6,340 bases of DNA from the NCBI GenBank assembly GCA_046536775.1, contig JAWDMD010000024.1, positions 1-6,340 on the forward strand, written 5' to 3'. Position numbers and translations under genes: made by a program. Of this stretch, positions 1 through 5,486 are shown in pieces (the stretch's first letter is position 1; every line of letters starts with the position of its first letter). This DNA is from Candidatus Nanopusillus sp. Lineage in GTDB: Archaea > Nanobdellota > Nanobdellia > Nanobdellales > Nanobdellaceae. Below the pieces are notes generated by a model. That model saw only the letters and a program-made list of their open reading frames with translations. It made no database searches and was not told the DNA's origin.

Positions 1-432
1 TTTATAAGGTAAAACTTCTATATTTGGTATTCTATATTTAAGATTCCAATATATATCATATTTGTATGCAGCTCTTAAAATAGAATGAGAATATAAAACT
101 TTTGGCATATTAAAATTCTGATTAAATAATAGTAATTCCGCAATACCAGCTGTAGATATTAATAATAAATCAAAATCATCAATATTAAATCTTCTTATTA
201 ATCTATCTAAAAATAATAATCCTCCTCTAGCTAGATATTGCCTAAAAATTCTTTCAAATTTTTTATCATATAAACTAATAACATTTTTTTCTCCAAAATC
301 ATAGGTTTTTTCTTTAATATAAATCCAAGTCATTATCTTTATTTTATGCTTGGATCTCTTAAAATATTCATAAACTAATCTTTCTCCTCCCCCCTTTGAT
401 TTTAACCAAGGATGAAATAGTAAAATCTTCAT
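1..432 (-). CDS. Glycosyltransferase, GT-B fold / GT4-like (group 1), N-terminal 144 codons only; the rest lies beyond the left window edge
   Basis: Not in the supplied ORF track because there is no stop inside the window. Manual minus-strand translation from ATG (432-430) stays open for all 144 codons down to position 1: MKILLFHPWLKSKGGGERLVYEYFKRSKHKIKIMTWIYIKEKTYDFGEKNVISLYDKKFERIFRQYLARGGLLFLDRLIRRFNIDDFDLLLISTAGIAELLLFNQNFNMPKVLYSHSILRAAYKYDIYWNLKYRIPNIEVLPYK. An MKI-hydrophobic start followed by a Gly-rich GGGE loop is the usual N-terminus of GT4 enzymes. Family call rests on motif recognition only. Confidence 0.65.
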   Translation of the reverse strand, partial: MKILLFHPWLKSKGGGERLVYEYFKRSKHKIKIMTWIYIKEKTYDFGEKNVISLYDKKFERIFRQYLARGGLLFLDRLIRRFNIDDFDLLLISTAGIAELLLFNQNFNMPKVLYSHSILRAAYKYDIYWNLKYRIPNIEVLPYK

Positions 433-455
433 AATAGAAAATAATTATGAAGATT
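424..455. repeat. Perfect 11-bp inverted repeat (aatcttcataa / ttatgaagatt) with a 10-nt loop, covering the start codon of the 1-432 gene
   Basis: Read directly: 424-434 aatcttcataa is the exact reverse complement of 445-455 ttatgaagatt, and the loop 435-444 is tagaaaataa. The left arm contains the minus-strand ATG (432-430). The repeat is certain; its function is unknown. Confidence 0.6.
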
Positions 456-700
456 CATAAACTTTTATAAATATCCTCTCTATCTTTGGTAATATTATAT
501 TTAAATCATATTTATTTGCAAGTTCTCTACTTTTTAGATAATTCTTCATATTTATCACTATTATTCTTCTATATTTGATAATATTTTAATATTCAATTAA
601 TATAATCTTCTACATTATTAAGTTTTGTGTAATAAATTGATTCAAATTTTCCGAATGTACTAATTACATCTAGTAGATTTGATACAACTACGAGATTTCC
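445..700 (-). pseudogene. Decayed C-terminal fragment of a GT4-type glycosyltransferase (in-frame stop plus frameshift, N-terminal two-thirds missing)
   Basis: Minus strand, frame starting at 700: GNLVVVSNLLDVISTFGKFESIYYTKLNNVEDYIN*ILKYYQI*. Shifted by one frame (open from about 585 to the stop at 447-445): NIIKYRRIIVINMKNYLKSRELANKYDLNIILPKIERIFIKVYESS*. By eye these align without gaps to the C-terminus of the intact GT4 in this window: GTPVVMTD vs GNLVVVSN, DVKSLVDNLLKVL vs NVEDYIN*ILKYY, ETAKKFTWEKTVENFEKAL vs ELANKYDLNIILPKIERIF. No sequence matching the EX7E region or the N-terminal domain is recognisable upstream of 700. Confidence 0.5.
464..471 (-). promoter_or_regulatory. Candidate archaeal TATA box (TTTATAAA) for the 1-432 glycosyltransferase gene
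   Basis: Palindromic TTTATAAA lies 32-39 nt upstream of the ATG at 432. That implies a leader of only about 9 nt if the TSS is about 26 nt downstream of the box centre. A/T-rich strings are abundant here, so this is weak. Confidence 0.3.
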
Positions 701-760
701 TATAAGTTAAATGTAGCAATTTTTATTAACTTATTGAAGATAAAAATTTTTATAAATTTT

Positions 761-1663
761 TTAAGTATTTTGAGTATTTAAATCTGCAAATGTATATTTT
801 CTCAGATAATATTTTCTTAGATAATTTCTAAATAAGTTATATAAAATAATCTTTGACAATCCTTTAAGGTAATTTCCATCAAATAATAATAAACATTCTA
901 TATATTCTCTTAATGATATCTTATAGTTAGCATTATATATAAGATTTAATAGAATTTTATAGCTTATTATTCCATATATTGATCCTTTACATTTTGTTTT
1001 TTCATAAATATATTGGTAATCATGCAAAAACATTTCTGCCATTTCTCTATTACTTATACTTCTAGATATATTTTCCCTATGTATTCTATAGTAAGTTAAT
1101 GGTTCATTTACTTTTATAACCTTTTTATTTTTATTAAAATAACAAAGAAAAGCTACATCTATAGCATAATATATCTTTCTTATACAATTTATTAGTTTAT
1201 CTTTATCTTTAATATTTAGAACTATACTACTATTATTAGCTGCATATTTATTTCTTGACTTATTTAGCGGCTTTCCTGTTTGATCAATTAATATAGCCTT
1301 ATTCCAAATTACATATTCATCATATTTAATATTTTTTACTACTTCAAGTATTTTACTAATTTTATTTTCAGTAAACATATCATCATCTTCTAATAAAAAT
1401 ATTAAATTATTAGAAGCAGCTTTTATTCCTTCAGAAAAAGTTCTACCAATATAATGATCTGGATCATCAGGATCTAAATTTATTATCTTATAATTAGGAA
1501 AATTTTCTTTAATATAATTATCTATTTTTTCATCTTGATAATATTTTACAACAATTACTTCAATATCATTTAAATCTATTCCTTTTTGATTTTTAATACT
1601 TTGCAATGCATCTAGAATATATCTTTTTCTTTTATAGTCAATAACTATTACTGAAGCTTTCAT
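761..1663 (-). CDS. Family 2 (GT-A fold) glycosyltransferase, divergent; candidate rhamnosyltransferase by context only
   Basis: 300-aa ORF with the GT2 layout. It has an N-terminal beta strand SVIVI, a helix YILDALQSIKNQ, a second strand IEVIVV, then GRTFSEGIKAASNNLIFLLEDDDMF, which is the acidic DXD-type motif after the A.G..i.fLD.DD pattern. It lies directly downstream of rmlD on the same strand. Confidence 0.8.
   Translation of the reverse strand: MKASVIVIDYKRKRYILDALQSIKNQKGIDLNDIEVIVVKYYQDEKIDNYIKENFPNYKIINLDPDDPDHYIGRTFSEGIKAASNNLIFLLEDDDMFTENKISKILEVVKNIKYDEYVIWNKAILIDQTGKPLNKSRNKYAANNSSIVLNIKDKDKLINCIRKIYYAIDVAFLCYFNKNKKVIKVNEPLTYYRIHRENISRSISNREMAEMFLHDYQYIYEKTKCKGSIYGIISYKILLNLIYNANYKISLREYIECLLLFDGNYLKGLSKIILYNLFRNYLRKYYLRKYTFADLNTQNT
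794..823 (-). repeat. In-frame 15-bp tandem duplication inside the 3' end of the GT2 gene (encodes YLRKY-YLRKY)
   Basis: atattttctcagata (794-808) is followed immediately by atattttcttagata (809-823), 14/15 identical. It corresponds to ...RNYLRKYYLRKYTF... in the protein. Confidence 0.7.
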
Positions 1664-1706
1664 AAAAAAAGTATAAAAAATAAAATTTAAATAATTTGTG
1701 AATAAG
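1664..1706 (-). promoter_or_regulatory. rmlD-GT2 spacer with a TATA-like TTTAAA at the leaderless-promoter distance from the GT2 ATG
   Basis: 43-nt spacer. TTTAAA at 1686-1691 is centred 25.5 nt upstream of the A of the GT2 start codon (1663). No Shine-Dalgarno-like purine run precedes the ATG. Confidence 0.3.
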
Positions 1707-2531
1707 CTATACTATCATATAATTTAAATTTTCATCTAATGAATAGAAGTCAACAGATAATAATTTTTTAGCTTTTGAAATATCAAGAGATGAATCAAAA
1801 GGTCTTTTTGCAATCCAGCTTTTTACATTATCTACTTCTTTAACTATTCCATCAAGATTATATTTTTCTTTAATTTTTAATGCAAGTTCATATCTTGAAA
1901 TCCTTTCTCCTGCAATATTAATAATTCCAGTTTTTCTATATTGAATTATTTCATTAATAGCTTCAGCAAGTTTTCTTGCAGATATTGGGGAATAATAACC
2001 TTTGAATGCATTAACTTCTTTATTCTCTTTTAATGTTTTATAAACATAGATAGGAAAACCTTTATTCCTAAATATTCCAGAAGTTCTTATAACTAAACTA
2101 TCATCATATGATAAAGCATAAGCATCTCCCAACAATTTTGTAAGTCCATAATAGTTTATTGGATTGGGTAAATCTTCCTCTTTATATAAACCTTTTTGCC
2201 CATCAAATATATAATCTGTACTTATTTGTATAAAATATGCTTCTATAACTCTTGTAGCTCTTACTATATGTTTTACTGCTTCTGTGTTAACTTTATATGC
2301 AATATCTTTTTCAGTTTCGCATTTATCAACATCTGTAATAGCAGCAGTATTAATTATAATATCTGGCTTTTTCTTTAATATGAAATCTTCAACCATAGAA
2401 AAATTTGTTAAATCTAATTTATATCCATCTTCTATTTCATTTGAATTATAAACTTTAATTAAATCTCCCTGTAAGATCTTAGAAAGTTCTAAACCCAATT
2501 GTCCAGAAGCACCGAATATTAATATTTTCAT
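1707..2531 (-). CDS. rmlD: dTDP-4-dehydrorhamnose reductase
   Basis: 274 aa. It has an N-terminal Rossmann motif MKILIFGASGQLG, an STDYIFDG motif and the YxxxK catalytic pair in YYGLTKLLGD. Its length and its position next to rmlC, rmlA and rmlB fit RmlD. Confidence 0.9.
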   Translation of the reverse strand: MKILIFGASGQLGLELSKILQGDLIKVYNSNEIEDGYKLDLTNFSMVEDFILKKKPDIIINTAAITDVDKCETEKDIAYKVNTEAVKHIVRATRVIEAYFIQISTDYIFDGQKGLYKEEDLPNPINYYGLTKLLGDAYALSYDDSLVIRTSGIFRNKGFPIYVYKTLKENKEVNAFKGYYSPISARKLAEAINEIIQYRKTGIINIAGERISRYELALKIKEKYNLDGIVKEVDNVKSWIAKRPFDSSLDISKAKKLLSVDFYSLDENLNYMIV

Positions 2532-2567
2532 TTTAAATTGTTTAAAATTAAAAATATAAAATTTTTC
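2532..2567 (-). promoter_or_regulatory. rmlC-rmlD spacer with a TATA-like box at the leaderless-promoter distance from the rmlD ATG
   Basis: 36-nt spacer. Minus-strand TTTTATAT (complement of 2554-2561) is centred 26.5 nt upstream of the rmlD ATG (2531). rmlD could equally be co-transcribed with rmlC. Confidence 0.25.
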
Positions 2568-3101
2568 TCATAATTCAAAGATTTCTGCTTTATCTAATAT
2601 AGGACATTTAGAATCTTTTTCACTAACTATTATATTTTTTATAGGCCAGTCTATTATTGAATAATGTATACATCTTTCATGTTGTGGAGAATATTCATTG
2701 TTTGTTACAAAATATAATACTATTGAATCTTCAAGAGCTTGAAATCCATGGGCAAAACCTGGTGGTATCCATAACATATAGTGATTTTCTTCACTTAATT
2801 CTATAGAAACATATTTTCCAAATGTTTTAGAATTTTTTCTTATATCTAATGCAACATCTAATATTTTACCTTTTATTACTGTTACTATTTTTCCCTGTTC
2901 TTTTGGAGGTATTTGATAATGTAAACCTCTAATTACCCCTTTTTTAGAATAAGACATATTAACTTGTAAAGGCTTTGGAATCCCTATTTTTTGAAAATCA
3001 GATTCCTTAAATATTTCTTTAAAATATCCTCTATTATCTGGAAATACTTTTGGCCTAATTAAGATTAATCCCAGATCTAATTTTTCAAATTCAAATGGCA
3101 T
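2568..3101 (-). CDS. rmlC: dTDP-4-dehydrorhamnose 3,5-epimerase (cupin fold)
   Basis: 177 aa with the hallmark RmlC motifs: VIRGLHYQ, KIVTVIKGKILDVALDIRKNSKTFG and WIPPGFAHGF. Confidence 0.93.
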   Translation of the reverse strand: MPFEFEKLDLGLILIRPKVFPDNRGYFKEIFKESDFQKIGIPKPLQVNMSYSKKGVIRGLHYQIPPKEQGKIVTVIKGKILDVALDIRKNSKTFGKYVSIELSEENHYMLWIPPGFAHGFQALEDSIVLYFVTNNEYSPQHERCIHYSIIDWPIKNIIVSEKDSKCPILDKAEIFEL

Positions 3102-3152
3102 TAAATAATTTTATTAGATAAATTTTTAAATAAAATTTAAATAAAACTATTT
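3102..3152. promoter_or_regulatory. Compact divergent promoter region between rmlC and rmlA
   Basis: 51 nt, only two G/C positions (g3117, c3147). The palindromic TTTAAA at 3125-3130 is centred 25.5 nt from the rmlA ATG (3153) and 26.5 nt from the rmlC ATG (3101). Purine-rich GATAAA (3117-3122) lies upstream of it in the rmlA direction and looks BRE-like. Confidence 0.5.
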
Positions 3153-4190
3153 ATGCAAGCAGTAATATTGCATGGGGGTCAAGGAACTAGATTAAGACCA
3201 TTAACACATACAGGACCCAAACAATTAATAAAGGTTGCCGGAAAACCTGTATCTCAATGGGTTTTAGAACAATTAAGAGATTCTGGAATAAAAGATATAA
3301 TAATTATTTTAGGTAATAATAATCCAAATAGAGTAATTGAATATTATGGTGATGGCTCCCAATTTGGAGTAAATATTACATATGTATATCAAGGAAAAGC
3401 TAGAGGATTGGCAGATGCCGTATATAGGGTAAAAGATTTAGTTGAAGATAGATTTATTGTTTATTTAGGTGATAATATAATACCATATCATGATCTTTCT
3501 TCTTTCATTTCTTTTAAAGGTTCTGCATCTATACTTTTAGCAAAAGTTCCAAATCCAAGTAGATTTGGTGTAGCTATAATAAAAGATGGAAAAGTTATAA
3601 AATTAATAGAAAAGCCAAAAGAACCAATATCAGATTTAGCATTAGTAGGTGTTTATGCATTTACAAGAGATATATTTGATATAATAGAAACATTGAAACC
3701 ATCCTGGAGAGGAGAATTAGAAATAACAGATGCCATACAAGGTTTAATAGATAATGGAAAAGAAGTTGAATATAAAATAATTGATAGTTGGTGGAAAGAT
3801 ACAGGAACTCCTGATGATATTTTAGAAGCAAATTCTTTCCTTTTAGATATGTATATTGAAAGAAAAATAGAGGGAGAAGTTATAGAATCTAATATAGATG
3901 GAAGGGTATATATTGAAAAGGGAGCAGTAATTAAAAATTCTATAATTAGAGGACCAGCTTTTATAGGAAAGGGAAGTATAATAACAAATTCATATATAGG
4001 CCCATTTACATCGATAGGAGAAAATTGTGAAATATCTAATAGTGAAATAGAATATAGTGTAATATTAGATAATGCTAAATTAAATGAAATATCTATAATT
4101 GATTCTTTAATTGGAAATAATTCAAATATAAAAAAGGGAAAGAAAAGGAGTAAATTAATAATAGGAGAAAATTCACAAATAGAAATATGA
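3153..4190 (+). CDS. rmlA: Glucose-1-phosphate thymidylyltransferase, long form (nucleotidyltransferase domain plus C-terminal left-handed beta-helix)
   Basis: 345 aa. It has the N-terminal GGQGTRLRPLT signature (GGxGTRLxPLT), plus ARGLADAV, YLGDNII and WWKDTGT. From about residue 235 there are hexapeptide-like repeats (IDGRVYIEKGAVIKNSIIRGPAFIGKGSIITNSYIGPFTSIGENCEISNSEIEYSVILDNAKL...). dTDP/glucose specificity is inferred from linkage to rmlB, rmlC and rmlD. Confidence 0.85.
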   Translation: MQAVILHGGQGTRLRPLTHTGPKQLIKVAGKPVSQWVLEQLRDSGIKDIIIILGNNNPNRVIEYYGDGSQFGVNITYVYQGKARGLADAVYRVKDLVEDRFIVYLGDNIIPYHDLSSFISFKGSASILLAKVPNPSRFGVAIIKDGKVIKLIEKPKEPISDLALVGVYAFTRDIFDIIETLKPSWRGELEITDAIQGLIDNGKEVEYKIIDSWWKDTGTPDDILEANSFLLDMYIERKIEGEVIESNIDGRVYIEKGAVIKNSIIRGPAFIGKGSIITNSYIGPFTSIGENCEISNSEIEYSVILDNAKLNEISIIDSLIGNNSNIKKGKKRSKLIIGENSQIEI

Positions 4191-5140
4191 AGATAGCAGT
4201 TTTAGGAGGTGCTGGATTTATAGGATCTGCTTTTGTAAGAGAATTAAATAAAAGAGGTATTAAGCCTCTTGTAATAGATTTATTAACATATGCTGGAAGA
4301 TTAGAAAATTTAAAAGATACAGAACATGAATTTATAAAAGCAGATATTAGAGATCCTTCAACTCAGGAGTTATTACAAAATGTTGATATAGTAGTTAATT
4401 TTGCTGCCGAAACTCATGTTGATAGATCTATTTATAAACCTCAAGATTTTGTAACTACAAATGTTTTAGGAACAATAAATATTTTAGAAGCTGCTAGAAG
4501 ATATAATTTTAAATATGTACATATTTCTACAGATGAGGTATATGGGGATTTATATGGAGAAAATTGTACAGATGAAAATTCGCCTTTAAATCCTTCATCG
4601 CCTTATAGCGCATCGAAAGCTTCTGCAGATTTATTTATTAAAGCATATGTAAGAACCTATGGAGTTAATGCGATAATAATTAGACCATGTAATAATTATG
4701 GTCCACGTCAATTTCCAGAAAAATTCATACCAAAGACAATAATAAGAACTTTAATGGGATTAGAAGTTCCAATATATGGAGATGGTAAACAAGAAAGAGA
4801 TTGGATATATGTAGAAGATACTGCAAGAATTATTTTTGATATAATTTCTAAAGCAAATTGGAAGGGAGAAATATACAATATAACTGGAAAACAAAGAGTT
4901 ACAAATTTAGAATTAATTAAATTATTAGAAGAAGTAATGGGAAAAGAAATAAAAATAAAATTTGTATCAGATAGACCTGGTCATGATAAAAGATATTGTA
5001 TGGAATCTTCTTTATCTTATGAAGTAACACCATTAAAAGAAGGTTTAAAGAAAACTTATGAATGGTATGTTAAAAATGAATGGTGGTGGAAGCCATTAAT
5101 AAATGATAAATTCTTTAAGGAAGATGAACCTTGGAAATAG
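4187..5140 (+). CDS. rmlB: dTDP-glucose 4,6-dehydratase (extended SDR)
   Basis: 317 aa. It has GGAGFIGS (Rossmann), AAETHVDRSI, STDEVYG, the YSASKA YxxxK motif and RPCNNYGPRQFPEKFIP. Its start overlaps the rmlA stop by 4 nt (ATGA, 4187-4190), which suggests co-transcription and translational coupling. Confidence 0.95.
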   Translation: MKIAVLGGAGFIGSAFVRELNKRGIKPLVIDLLTYAGRLENLKDTEHEFIKADIRDPSTQELLQNVDIVVNFAAETHVDRSIYKPQDFVTTNVLGTINILEAARRYNFKYVHISTDEVYGDLYGENCTDENSPLNPSSPYSASKASADLFIKAYVRTYGVNAIIIRPCNNYGPRQFPEKFIPKTIIRTLMGLEVPIYGDGKQERDWIYVEDTARIIFDIISKANWKGEIYNITGKQRVTNLELIKLLEEVMGKEIKIKFVSDRPGHDKRYCMESSLSYEVTPLKEGLKKTYEWYVKNEWWWKPLINDKFFKEDEPWK

Positions 5141-5144
5141 TCTA

Positions 5145-5149
5145 TTTTT
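5145..5149 (+). terminator. T5 run just after the rmlB stop, possible archaeal oligo-T terminator
   Basis: The sequence reads tag tcta TTTTT atg. The T run begins 5 nt after the stop codon. Oligo-T runs are common in this composition, so support is weak. Confidence 0.2.
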
Positions 5150-5486
5150 ATGAAAAACAAAAATATAATAAATTTAGTTATTCCTTATAAGATATTTTTT
5201 AAGTCTTAAAATTTTTACAATATATGATTCCCAAAAAGATATCTATTATTTCATTTAATTGATTATTAAATCACTATAACAATATTTTAAACATTATATT
5301 GACACATATATCGTGATCTAAAGACAGGCTATCCTTATCTATATGATACTAATCAAATAGTTACCTAGCTATCAATCAAAAGTAGAAGGAATATATTTTT
5401 AAATTATAAATGAAAATCTATTAAAACTTATATATCTACTATAGCAAATAGCTAAATAATATAATTTTATTATACCACTTTATAAC

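Noticed and set aside
447-470. Plus-strand mini-ORF ATGAAGATTCATAAACTTTTATAA (MKIHKLL*)
   Set aside because: Its ATGAAGATT is simply the mirror arm of the 424-455 inverted repeat, copying the MKI start of the minus-strand gene. Seven codons with no other support.
2196-2378. 60-aa plus-strand ORF from the track (MPIKYIICTYLYKICFYNSCSSYYMFYCF...)
   Set aside because: It lies entirely antisense within the well-supported rmlD gene. Its Cys/Phe/Tyr/Ile-rich low-complexity composition is what the reverse complement of an AT-rich coding region produces. It has no recognisable motif.
756-5204. 11-bp direct repeat attttttaagt at 756-766 and 5194-5204, bracketing the GT2-rmlDCAB block like target-site or att repeats
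   Set aside because: By rough estimate, dozens of 11-mer matches are expected between positions in a window with this base composition. The repeat is low-complexity A/T, and there is no integrase, transposase or tRNA fragment nearby.
5150-5209. 19-codon plus-strand ORF MKNKNIINLVIPYKIFFKS* just after rmlB
   Set aside because: Short and low-complexity, and it begins within the T-run region right after the rmlB stop. No motif or ribosome-binding evidence. ORFs of this size are expected by chance.
5367-5455. 7-bp inverted match tagctat (5367-5373) / atagcta (5448-5454) and repeated caaatag motifs in the spacer
   Set aside because: Too short and too far apart (about 75 nt) to be meaningful in this composition, with no supporting extended pairing.
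5141-5486. C/D-box sRNA or tRNA/tRNA-fragment in the long convergent spacer
   Set aside because: No CTGA (D box) on either strand and no TGATGA (C box). There is no GTTCGAATC-like T-arm or CCA end. The only stems I could draw, for example around 5322-5340, are 3+3 bp with an internal loop.
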